This document shows, piece after piece, positions 49,707-60,915 of a DNA stretch of 64,000 nt. The position numbers and the translations under genes are program-made. Under the pieces are notes generated by a model. It had not been told where the DNA came from. It did not search any database and saw only the letters and a program-made list of their open reading frames with translations. Numbering within the stretch: the first letter of the stretch is position 1; each line of letters opens with the position of its first letter. The DNA comes from Yuukianura sp. NJ FZ-2021 (taxonomy: Eukaryota), in contig CM102287.1 of the NCBI GenBank assembly GCA_046563655.1, positions 806,001 through 870,000 of the forward strand. Reading direction: 5' to 3'.

Positions 49707-51200
49707 AGTAGAGTGTTCGAGGGTGAGTTTGCATACTTTGCCCCGGGGGCTAGTCGGGCGCAATATTGGGGAGGGGAAAAACCCCTCAAAAAATACATAA
49801 TGACAAAATCTCAATATCTAAAATGAGATAATGTCAAACGTGCCAACAACAAAAAAGCCTTTTAGTTAATTGTCAATTACGGCTAATCAACAAATACCAA
49901 TGACTCTGTATTTTTGGAAAAGGTATTGGAATGTGACCCAACCTTTTTCCGGATTATGATTTATATTTTTGTACTTCTGAAAACTCCTTCTTTGTGTCTG
50001 CAACGAAAAAGTTTAAAAAGTTCTTGTTTGAACTTGTCAATTCCTAGAATTTTCCAACACCCGAGGCAAAACAAATACTTTTCTAAAATAGAATTTGTAT
50101 TTCAGGCCTCAGCTGTCCTTTCAATTCAAAGAGTTTTAAAAAAAAATTTCAGTTCATTCCCAACATTCGACCTATTCACTAGTCGCAAATCAAGACACTT
50201 AAATTTAAACTCAATTAAAGCAGACAGCAGCATTTACTATACAAAATCAGCACTTACAACAATACGGATTCTAAAATAGTAATTCAACCCTTTTCTTGGA
50301 AAAGGCTCGCTTCTGTTGGAAAAGGTATCCCCCAATATTTTAAAAGATGGCTACAGAGTACAAAGTATTCAAGCTGAAACGCTTGAACACCTCATGGCTA
50401 CAGCGCTGGATTTATCCAGCCCAGTCCTGGGGAAGTCTTTGAGCCGTGTGAGCCAGCCCTTGGACGCCAGCCCTTGGACGCCAGCCCTCGGACGCCAGCC
50501 CTCAATTCGCATGAATTTTTAACGTAATATAACAACTTCACTGCATAATACAATTGCATCTCTGTATAATACAATGGCCTCTCTGTATAATACAATTGCA
50601 TCTCTGTATAATACAATGGCCTCTCTGTATAATACAATGGCCTCTCTGCATAATACAATGGCCTCTCTGCATATTACCATGGCCCAGTTGTATAATACCA
50701 CAACGTCATTACATAATGCCGAGTTTATTCTGTACAACATAGCGAGTTTGCGAGAGTAAAGTCTAGACTTTGTCAATGTCACGGGAACTTACTCCGTGAG
50801 TACACCTTGCAGAGTTCTTCCTCGGGATTATTTCCCGCAGGTAACCTTCCTTCGAGAGTCAGATCATCGTCAATACCATGGTCACGTTGTATAATACCAT
50901 GGCCACATTGTATAATACCATGGTCACGTTGTATAATACCATGGTCACGTTGTATAATACCATGGTCACGTTGTATAATACCATGGTCACGTTGTATAAT
51001 GCCATGGTCACGTTGTATAATACAATAACCTCACTGCATAATACAACATTTTTTGTCAATTTTACATCCAACCACCACCACCACCACCACAACCCCAACG
51101 TGCCCACCCATGCAAAAGTATAAATAGCGACGTTGACTTGCTCATCTCTCAGTTTCATTTCAGACGTTGAGCCGTGAAGACGTGAAGATTTTACCATCTG
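49707..51200 (+). repeat. Left TIR (~1494 bp) with internal 14-bp and two 21-bp tandem arrays
   Basis: Reverse complement of 53528-54989; mirrored ORFs in the track (e.g. 50316+ and 54172-). Confidence 0.95.
51119..51154 (+). promoter_or_regulatory. TATA box plus initiator inside the left TIR (mirrored in the right TIR)
   Basis: TATAAATA at 51119 and TCAGTT at 51149 (30-nt spacing), ~70 nt before the ATG at 51223. Confidence 0.65.
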
Positions 51201-51222
51201 AAGATTCTGTGGACTATACATC

Positions 51223-52038
51223 ATGGATACCAGTACAGCGTGCGATATTTGCTGCAGACAATTCTCACGAAGGGACGCATTGAAACGACACAAGTTAACT
51301 TGTCATAGTAGCGTCGCAGTATCGAAAATGCTTCAGGTATGCATGAATCAGCGGGAAAAATCTACTATGTTTCGACATGTACACTCTGGGAAAAAGTTTG
51401 ACCCGCATTTGGTTGCACCGTTTACTATGTGCATCAGTGGAATGACTCAGAGCGGCAAAAGCACCCTTGTGAAGCAAATACTTCTACGACGAAACGAAAT
51501 TATCGAGACTAATATTGACAAGCCATTGGAACGTATCATGTATTGTTACACTGAGTTCCAGCCTACGCTGTTTGGAGAATTGAAGACCAAGATTCCAACT
51601 ATACAATTTCATCGTGGACTTCCTGAAAAATGGCATGACGGAACCGACAAGCCGTCAGTCGTCGTCCTTGACGATTTGATGCATGAAGCAGGCAAAAACG
51701 GAGAAGTTGGAGCTGCGTTCACAAGGACTTCGCATCACCGCAACGTATCACTCATCATTCTTGTGCAAAAATTTTTTCACAGGAATATGAAAGAAATCAC
51801 GTCAAACTGTCACTACATTGCTCTAATGAAGAATCCGCGAGACTCTCAATTTGTAGCTTGTCTTGGACGTCAAATGAATGGAGGAAAGAAGAATACAACC
51901 ATGGAAGAAGCCTACAAGGAATGCATGTTAAAGCAATATGGATATCTATTCATCGATTTAACTCAACGACAAAATGATTTGTTTCGCATTAGAGATAATA
52001 TATTTCCTGAAAATTGTCGAATCTATGCTAATGAATGA
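51223..52038 (+). CDS. A32/FtsK-family packaging ATPase with N-terminal C2H2 zinc finger
   Basis: CDICCRQFSRRDALKRHKLTCH; GMTQSGKST; VVVLDDL; RTSHHRNVSLII; KNPRD; GRQMNGGK shared with the 33579 ATPase; AATAAA just after the stop. Confidence 0.93.
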   Translation: MDTSTACDICCRQFSRRDALKRHKLTCHSSVAVSKMLQVCMNQREKSTMFRHVHSGKKFDPHLVAPFTMCISGMTQSGKSTLVKQILLRRNEIIETNIDKPLERIMYCYTEFQPTLFGELKTKIPTIQFHRGLPEKWHDGTDKPSVVVLDDLMHEAGKNGEVGAAFTRTSHHRNVSLIILVQKFFHRNMKEITSNCHYIALMKNPRDSQFVACLGRQMNGGKKNTTMEEAYKECMLKQYGYLFIDLTQRQNDLFRIRDNIFPENCRIYANE

Positions 52039-52142
52039 ATGAATAAACACATTACACGATAAAAGTTCTATTTTCAAGTTTTTTATTTTGAAAATTCGGA
52101 ATCTAACGAATATACAGTCATAAAGGTGTATAATTCTACGAA

Positions 52143-53507
52143 ATTACGCTAGTGAGAAACTCTCCAAGTATTGGTAATGCGGCAGCGAGAAGAGCTGGCA
52201 GGAACCCACCGTGCTGTATAAGTAGTTTTTTCTTGTCTTCAATCGATCCTTTAGCTTCTGCAACACGTTTAATCTTATATCGATGCGGTCTCAAGATATT
52301 TTTGACGGTGGCCTCAATAGGAATGTTGCCCTGGATTACGTCCTGAACACATTTGTGTAACCCAAGAATTTGACCAGGAGACGCTGTGGAGAGAAGTGTC
52401 TCGCGTATAATAGGGAGTGTTGGTTCATCTGGTGGAGAAATTGATAATGTCGTATGGGACCTGGTGATGGTTTAGCTCCTCCAGTTTGTCTATACTCTTC
52501 TTCCCCTTCTTCATCCCTTTCGTCTTCCTCGTTTTCCTCCTCTTCTTCTACTTCTTCTTCCCCTTCTTCATCCCCCTCATCTTCCTCGTCATCATCTTCT
52601 TCTTCATTTTCTACATCACTTTCCACGTGCGGGCGATTTCTAGAAAGCTTTTTGGGTTCATCTCCACCGAGCAAGCCTCGGTGGCTGATCGGAAGCAGAT
52701 ATTTTGGAATGCCTGTCTGAATCATAAAGTCTACGATGACAGGAATCATTTGTCTTGTCAACTTATATCTTCCATCCGCAAGTTTTCGTATTCCCTCCTC
52801 GAACTCGCTCCTGGGTATGTTGGCATCACCCAGACTAACGCTATTGTTCGCAAAGGTTGCTCCATTTGCTACAAAAAATTGTGCTAGCTGTTTTCCAACA
52901 GCTGAAAACTGGTCCAGAGTAAACGGTGGAGTTGTCGGTGCTGCTGTCGGCGTTTCATCTTTCGCTATTTGCGAGTCTTGGAAAATGGCATCTCGAGCGC
53001 GTCATTCGGCTTTACCACAGTATTTGACCAACCATTCGTTGGATTTTCTGACCAGGTCGTAATTCGGTCATATCTGTCTTCGGTTTTTCTGGCTGACTTT
53101 TCCGGTCCACCATCCCATCCGGTAAAGTGACTTGTAGCCATATCATTCAACCGCCTATCGTTTACAACGTTCACATTGACGTAGCCTTCCCTTTGCTTCC
53201 GTTGATTTTCCCAGTTCTGGCGTAATTCCGTTTGCATCATATGATTCTGAAGTTCGATTGGAATGTTGTTCCCAGAATCTCGCGAATTACGCTCATGAAG
53301 CTCCATTGGTCCACGGCTCTGAGACATGTTCATTGTATGTTGCTGTAAGTATTGTACGGGTTTAGTATCAAGCAAAAAGCCATCATGGATTTGCTTTTCT
53401 CCAAAATAACTTTTGCAAGGGCTGTTTTGCTGAGACTCATATGTCTCAAGCTGATCCAGTAGACTGTTGTAGTCGTCTTGGTGAACAAGAATGTATTTTT
53501 GCGCCAT
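52143..53507 (-). pseudogene. Disrupted Polinton structural-type gene(s): MAQKYILV... region, acidic tract, then protein X-like QHGGFLPALL domain
   Basis: Stitched from ORFs 52965-53561 and 52336-52761 plus a third frame ...CVQDVIQGNIP...KKKLLIQHGGFLPALLAAALP; needs about two frameshifts and one in-frame stop. Confidence 0.65.
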
Positions 53508-53527
53508 GACTGTTAGCCTAACCGCTC

Positions 53528-54989
53528 CAGATGGTAAAATCTTCACGTCTTCACAGCTCAACGTCTGAAATGAAACTGAGAGATGAGCAAGTCAACGTCG
53601 CTATTTATACTTTTGCATGGGTGGGCACGTTGGGGTTGTGGTGGTGGTGGTGGTGGTTGGATGTAAAATTGACAAAAAATGTTGTATTATACAATGTGAC
53701 CATGGTATTATACAACGTGACCATGGCATTATACAACGTGACCATGGTATTATACAACGTGACCATGGTATTATACAACGTGACCATGGTATTATACAAT
53801 GTGACCATGGTATTATACAACGTGACCATGGTATTGACGATGATCTGACTCTCGAAGGAAGGTTACCTGCGGGAAATAATCCCGAGGAAGAACTCTGCAA
53901 GGTGTACTCACGGAGTAAGTTCCCGTGACATTGACAAAGTCTAGACTTTACTCTCGCAAACTCGCTATGTTGTACAGAATAAACTCGGCATTATGTAATG
54001 ACGTTGTGGTATTATACAACTGGGCCATGGTAATATGCAGAGAGGCCATTGTATTATGCAGAGAGGCCATTGTATTATGCAGAGAGGCCATTGTATTATG
54101 CAGAGACGCCATTGTATTATGTAGAGAGGCCATTGTATTATGCAGTGAAGTTGTTATATTACGTTAAAAATTCATGCGAATTGAGGGCTGGCGTCCAAGG
54201 GCTGGCGTCCAAGGGCTGGCGTCCAAGGGCTGGCGTCCAAGGGCTGGCTCACACGGCTCAAAGACTTCCCCAGGACTGGGCTGGATAAATCCAGCGCTGT
54301 AGCCATGAGGTGTTCAAGCGTTTCAGCTTGAATACTTTGTACTCTGTAGCCATCTTTTAAAATATTGGGGGATACCTTTTCCAACAGAAGCGAGCCTTTT
54401 CCAAGAAAAGGGTTGAATTACTATTTTAGAATCCGTATTGTTGTAAGTGCTGATTTTGTATAGTAAATGCTGCTGTCTGCTTTAATTGAGTTTAAATTTA
54501 AGTGTCTTGATTTGCGACTAGTGAATAGGTCGAATGTTGGGAATGAACTGAAAATTTTTTTAAAACTCTTTGAATTGAAAGGACAGCTGAGGCCTGAAAT
54601 ACAAATTCTATTTTAGAAAAGTATTTGTTTTGCCTCGGGTGTTGGAAAATTCTAGGAATTGACAAGTTCAAACAAGAACTTTTAAAACTTTTTCGTTGCA
54701 GATACAAAGAAGGAGTTTCAGAAGTACAAAAATATAAATCATAATCCGGAAAAAGGTTGGGTCACATTCCAATACCTTTTCCAAAAATACAGAGTCATTG
54801 GTATTTGTTGATTAGCCGTAATTGACAATTAACTAAAAGGCTTTTTTGTTGTTGGCACTTTTGACATTATCTCATTTTAGATGTTGAGATTTTGTCATTA
54901 TGTATTTTTTGAGGGGTTTTCCCTCCCCAATATTGCGCCCGACTAGCCCCCGCGGCAAAGTATGCAAACTCACCCTCGAACACTCTACT
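53528..54989 (-). repeat. Right TIR (~1462 bp)
   Basis: Reverse complement of 49707-51200 with few substitutions and different tandem copy numbers. Confidence 0.95.
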
Positions 54990-55881
54990 TATGCCCTCTT
55001 TCAGCATTTTGTCCAGGTTATATTCACTGGATAAATAGTTTTATCCGAATGAAATCCAGCTTCGGGTGGATGAAATATGTAGATGAACCCTCAGTAAGGG
55101 TTAAAATATACCAAAATGGCTTCCCATACATTTCTGGAAACAAACGCAGTGAAAACTTAAACTCATCTCTGACGTTAATTTAAGCAAAATAATTTCTATC
55201 TGAAACTATGTCTGCGTATTCCTTCAGTAATAGAAATCAGATTAATTTGTAAAATCTCAATCAACCAGAACACCCTTCCGCTCCTCCGATAACACTGTTT
55301 CCGATTTGCAAAATTTGAAAATATTATTGAAAAAGTTTGTTCCCAAAGCGACGAGTAGACAGTTTACGGTTTGTGTCAATTTGCACATGCACAACTTTTT
55401 TTGAAATTCTGTTTGGTGGTTTTTCCACGAAGCCATTCAATTAATGAAAATTAATTATACACTAATGGAATAAATAAATCGTCATCACAACGACAATGAT
55501 GTTTATTTTGAGTGTTGTTTAGCATTATCAATAATTTTTTTTTTTCGAATTTGTTGACGCGAATAATTCTGCGGAAGTTGTGATACGTTTGAGTCAACTT
55601 CGTACAAACTTAACGTTCTGAAGATAACGTCTTCCTAATCCTGTGAGTTTTAGCGTCTTTGTCAAGCATTTTCGATTAACTAGCCATCATAGCACCGAAG
55701 AAAAAGGCAACTTCCAAACCCAAAACCTAACCTAACCTAACCAAAGCTGAGCCTGCCCTGAAGGTTGCAAGAATTGACGAATCAGAACGTAATTCGTAGA
55801 ATTATTTATTTTTTAACATAATTAATATATATTTTCTGATATATATCTTATTTATTCAATAGCAAACGAAAATAATGACGT

Positions 55882-56945
55882 AATGGGTAATCATGTGCAA
55901 AGTACTGCTGGTGTGAGTGACTGCATCGAATCCAGTGAAAAAACGGCAGCGGGTACTGCCTCGCCGTCAGGTATTGGCTACATAGGATTAAAATATTTTA
56001 TAGAACTATAACAAATAGTTTGTGTTTATTTAGCCGATCAAGCAGTGTCAATGGATAGTGAACCCACGCCAGGTCCAAGCGGTACACAAGGATTGATGTC
56101 GCCGTTTCAGCAACGGAAGAACCAGATTGGAAAAAATCAAATGAAATCAAGTGAGGACTCTTCGGAATTTCCTGTGATCGATGTGAAACAGCTGAACCCT
56201 AACATCCCGGTTACATCTCGAGTAATGGAAGTCGTCGTTCTGAAAGTTGCACGACCAATGGCGTACGGAAACGGAGGTCAACTTCAACATTTTGTTTTTG
56301 GTGACGAATCCGGAGAGATCCAGTTCACTTTATTCGGAGGAATGAAACCACAATGGGAGTCCCTGCTTCAGGTATGTTTAACGTATTATTCCTAGAACTA
56401 TTATTTTAAAATATATTAAAGAGTTGACCTATTTCAGGTTAACTCTTTTGTTCGAGTAGAAGGATTTCTTCTTGGACCAAAGGATAATCGAAACAAATGG
56501 ACAGCTGCATCATTTGATGCAAGCAGCATTGACGCAACTTCCATTAGCCCAAAGGGGCGAGTCATGAAGTCAAGCTAACTCCGATCGACTTAGAAGACCT
56601 CATGTTCATGTCGGATGGCCAATTTGTTGATATGGCTGGACTCGTGATTGACGTTGGTGAGATTCGTGAGTTTCCTACATGCAAACTTCGACAAATCACT
56701 CTGGTGGACAAGACTGGAAGATTCAATGCCAAATTCTGGAACCACTTGGCAGAAATGGAGGAAATCACTCCCTTTGAAGTAATTCTGTTCAAGCTGGTGA
56801 AGATCTCAAGTTACAACGCCGTCAACTAAATTGAATGCAACCCCGGGGATTTGATCTTAGTTGGGAGGGATCACAGCATTGCCAAGCAATTGTCACAGTG
56901 GTTCGAAGGCGCGGAGGCGGATACGCTGAATCGACTATTACAATA
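55882..56945 (+). pseudogene. Spliced RPA70-like tandem OB-fold ssDNA-binding protein gene, with an apparent frameshift (~56560) and stop (56827-56829)
   Basis: DESGEIQFTLF (DBD-A-like); VDMAGLVIDVG...RQITLVDKTG...FW...AKQLSQW (DBD-B-like); GT-AG introns at ~55971-56033 and ~56372-56437. Confidence 0.7.
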
Positions 56946-57078
56946 GTGAAAATCATGAATCAATTCTCATACAAAGTGATTAATTTCGCATGAGGAAACT
57001 ACCTAAAAAAATAAACCGGTTGTAAACCGCCCATAATGATAATAGCGAAGAATAGGGAAGTTTTGTAAATCACACTGA

Positions 57079-57480
57079 ACCCCCCCCTCCCAAGGTGAGC
57101 GGGGGTGTGTTCCCCCAACTTTCCCGCCCCGCCGGGGGAGTGGGGGTGTGTTTTCCCGCTTTTTTGCTCCGCACCCCAGGAGGCGTGGGGGTGTGTTCCC
57201 CCCACTTTCCCGCCCCCCCCAGGGGGTGTTGACAGGTGAGACGTGACAGCTGAGGCGTGACAGGTGACAGGTGAGGCGTGACAGGTGACAGGTGAGACGT
57301 GACAGGTGACACCCGGCAAGTGACACTTGAGGGTGACAGCTGACACGCGGCACGTGACAGGTGACACCCGGCAAGTGACAGGTGACAGGTGGCACCCGGT
57401 AAGTGACAGGTGACACCCGGCAAGTGGCAGGTGACAGCTGACACCCGGCAAGTGACAGGTGACACCCGGTGGACACAGTG
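57079..57480. repeat. GC-rich G/C-run repeats followed by a GTGACAG-based minisatellite
   Basis: GGGGGTGTGTT(C/T)CCC occurs three times, then many GTGACAG / GTGACACCCGGCAA units. Confidence 0.85.
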
Positions 57481-59402
57481 CACGTGTGTAAAGTATATAT
57501 GTCAACTGCGTAATAGATTTTTTATTTATTATAATAGCTTCGCTATTATAATAAATAAAACAAAAGTGTTTATGATTATTGACTTTTTACACAGGAAAAC
57601 TTGTTCTGTTTAAAAAATTCCCAACTTGAAGGCTAGAGTTAATCTTTAATTCTTCCACAAACTACTAACTGTATAGAATCGAAAAATGGTAATTACTTGA
57701 AAATTTATCGTAGCGTTTAGACAGGAAAACTTGTTGAAGCATGAAAAAAAAAATTCCCAACTTGAAGTCTAGAGTTAAAAGTGAATTTTTCTGCAGCCTA
57801 CCGGCTATTTTGAATCGAACAATGTTCACTCCTTGAAAATTCTTCGTAGCGTTTATCTAAGAAAACTTGAAGTTGAAATATAGAATCGAGAAATGCTCAT
57901 TACTTTTGTAGGTTCATATTACTTCCGTAAATTTACTTTATGAAAAATGATTGGAACTAAAACAAAACATTTTTTTATTGCAGAAAAATTGTTACAAAAC
58001 TTAGTACATAGATTGCATCATTTGGAGAATGATTGTTTGATTAGTATCACTGCGATGAAGTTGAATTAATACATATGGAAGTATCGATGCACTCATGGCG
58101 AAAACCGACCCAAATTGGCTCGTGACTGAAAGTGGCGGAGATGTACAATCCAGTAGAGTCCAAAGGAAACGAAGACAGTATTGCGTCGATTGTCGTCCCG
58201 AACAGGCATAGTCGGGAGTCAATGGGTTGGGTGGAGAGTGCCCCCCCCCCTACTCCGTTTACTTTTGCACTTTTGGTTTTTCTTTTTGCACTTTTGTGCA
58301 ACTTTTTATATTTGGTTTTTTGGCCCATGCTCATTGTATGTTTAAGAGTTTAATTAGTTTTTAATTAGTGTTTTGCGGTTTTTTGAAAAATATAAAACGC
58401 AATATGATGGGAAGAAGATGAAAGTAAGAAGAGAGTTTTTCTTTGCGGAAACAAAAAAAAAAGAGCATCAAAGAAATGTCAAATGCTTTTTTTTATTTTA
58501 GCTTGTAGATAACTCTGAAATTTGCTTTGCTGTGTAGAAATCTTGGAAGGAAGTTTTTTTTTTCGTCCACATGTCCTCTTTAGAGAACATAAAAATAGAC
58601 CAATGGCCTGTGACTTTTAGCTTAAGATAAGGGCCTCAGAGGCCAATGCAGTGGTTTCTGCTAGAAGTTTTTTAGTTCATCTTTTGCTCCAACACTCAAA
58701 ATGCCGAAGCAACGGAGACGGGGTCAAGGACGTGGACGACGCTCCAAAACTGAATCAAGTCCCGGAAATTCAGCACCTGCGGTGAGTAAAATATTAAACC
58801 CGGCTTTAAACGGCGCATCAAGGCTTCAGAAGCTTTGATGTGCCGATATTCTGGTAAATTATTTGTCTGGCTCTGTCTTAGCTAAATAAGGCGTTGATGC
58901 CAACAATTTTTTACCTTAGGATCGTAATCAAGCGGAGCTCCGTCTTAGTTTAGTAAGACGTAGATGCTTCCGTTTGGTTGCCATAGGAGACGCAAAATTT
59001 TTCTCGATCCGTCTTAAGTCACTAAGATGTCGAAGCGAGAAAAATTTTGCCGAGTACCGTAAACTACCTTGTAGGTGCAGGTTCATACGGCTCGGTTCAT
59101 CGCAATCAATTATTTTGTTTCTAATTTTGATTGCGAGAACTCTAGTTGCCCAAGTTCTAGTAGGTTATAGTTTCTTTAGCATTGTATAGTTGGCCCTGCC
59201 TGCCTCCGAAATCAGAGTGCGCCGACTATTAGGGAGCCGCGCATCGTGTCTAGGTCCAAGCAGTGTCAAACGTCAACAGTTCCCACCTCGATCCGAGCGT
59301 GTGGTTTTCATTTGGCGTTCAATTGACCTGCAAGGATCTGGCGGTGTGCTTGCTCTGTAACCTATGAAACGCCGATTTGATAATAGGCTGTGCCTTCTAT
59401 GC

Positions 59403-59958
59403 AATGCTCTTGTTGCTATAAGTGACATAGTACGACAGGCAAGTATGGACGTGTACCTTCAAAGAAAGTTTACGGTACTCAGGGAAATTTTTTTTTTGAA
59501 ACCGGCAAACCCAATTTCGTTTTTTTTTTGTTGTCAAGTTCCAAATGCTGCTTTAAGTTACATAGTGCGACATGCAAGCATAGATATGCACATTCAAAGA
59601 AACTTTACGGTACTCAGGGAAATTTTTTTTTGAAACCGGCAAACCCAATTTCGTTTTTTTTTGTTGTCAAGTTCCAAATGCTGCTGTAAGTTACATAGTG
59701 CGACATGCAAGCATATATGTGCACATTCAGAGAAACTTTACGGTACTCAGGGAAAGTTTTTTTTTGAAACCGGCAAAACCAATTTCAATTTCTTTTTGTT
59801 GTAAAGTTGCAAATGCTGCTATAAGTTACATAGTATGACAGGCAAGCATTCCTGTGCATATTCAAAGAAACTTCACGGTACTCGGGGAAAGTTTTTTTTT
59901 GAACTCGGCAAAACCAATTTCGATTTCGTTTTGTTGTTAAGTTGCAAATGCTGCTGTA
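59403..59958. repeat. ~135-bp tandem repeat (~4 copies)
   Basis: AATGCTGCT.TAAGTTACATAGT...TACGGTACTCAGGGAAA...GAAACCGGCAAA recurs every 134-135 bp. Confidence 0.9.
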
Positions 59959-60030
59959 ATTTGCAAATTTAAATTTAAATTTATTTTTTAATTAAAGTAA
60001 TTTTCTGAAAAGTCTGCAACCTAGCCTGAG

Positions 60031-60694
60031 CTACATTTTCTGTAAAAAGCGAGGCAGTGGAGGTGCAGGAGGAATTCTCGTAGAGAGCGTAGAGACGACC
60101 TTGGCCTTTCTTGGTTTTGGCTCCGGTGGCTCAGGCTTAATCTCTTGTAGCTCGTGATATTGTCCGTTTCCTCTTCTGCTCTCCAGTCTCCTAATGCTAC
60201 TTATGATTGCTGCGTCATCCGGAACCGGGGCATATGCTGACCCCGATCTCCTAGTTCGAATGCAGTAGTAGCACAGAGTCATTGATACCATCAGCAGTAG
60301 AAACAGCAATACTCCTTTCAATTCATTACAAATTGTATCAGTGATTTCAAAAAAAAAAGGAAACTGAAAATGATTTTAGCTCCGCCTACCAATTACTGGC
60401 AAGTGCCATGCCAATTCCGGAAACGCGAATGATCCGGCTGTAAATATTGGCGCTTCCCCTTCGCACCCTCCGCGCTGGTTGGGTCCCACTGCAAACGTCA
60501 CTGTTCCGGAAGCATCCATAAGGGACGCAACACATTCACCTCTTTGGTTGACTTGCACAAAAGTGCAGCCACTGTCAACACAAACACCGCACTCGGCTAT
60601 TCTGACGCATCCTGATTTAAAAAAAACTTTTTAATTTGAAAAGTATGATGAAAAGTATGAATTTAAAGTTTTTTTTTATCAACTACTCACCCAT
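60031..60694 (-). CDS. Three-exon small Cys-rich single-pass membrane protein A (MGCVRIAEC...), ~169 aa
   Basis: Exons 60691-60694, 60390-60611 and 60031-60314 joined by phase-1 GT-AG introns; TATAAAA upstream (~60770); TM VIGVLLFLLLMVSMTLCYYCI followed by RTRR. Confidence 0.7.
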
Positions 60695-60915
60695 TTTCAG
60701 TTCTTTCTATTGACTTCGAATTCGGATTGAGGATAAAAGATTGAAGATTGATTGAGGCCTAACCTTTTTTATATGGGGAAGTGTCGAGGTGCTTCCTTGA
60801 AAATGAACTTGAAGGTCAAATGCCAATGTTCAATCGGTTTGAAAATCCCCGAGTACACCATTGTTTCATTGTTCTAAATTTTTACATTTAGTTTTTTTTT
60901 TGTTCTAATTTCAAG

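Larger units (their letters stand above)
49707..54989. mobile_element. Non-autonomous mini-Polinton (5283 bp) with ~1.5 kb TIRs and 5-bp TSD TATGC
   Basis: Ends AGTAGAGTGTTCGAGGG...CCCTCGAACACTCTACT; TATGC at 49702-49706 and 54990-54994; internal Polinton-type ATPase. Confidence 0.9.

Noticed and set aside
50316..51293. Heptad-repeat ORFs (e.g. MVTLYNT)n and their mirrors at 53531-54384
   Set aside because: Translations of 21-bp minisatellites within the TIRs, open in several frames
49707..54989. Fold-back assembly artefact as explanation for the large inverted repeat
   Set aside because: The arms differ by substitutions and repeat counts, have Polinton-type termini and are flanked by a TSD
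56999..57505. Cys/His-rich ORFs in all three minus frames
   Set aside because: Arise from the stop-free GTGACAG minisatellite
58047..58334. Basic 95-aa ORF
   Set aside because: Short, low-complexity and without motif support
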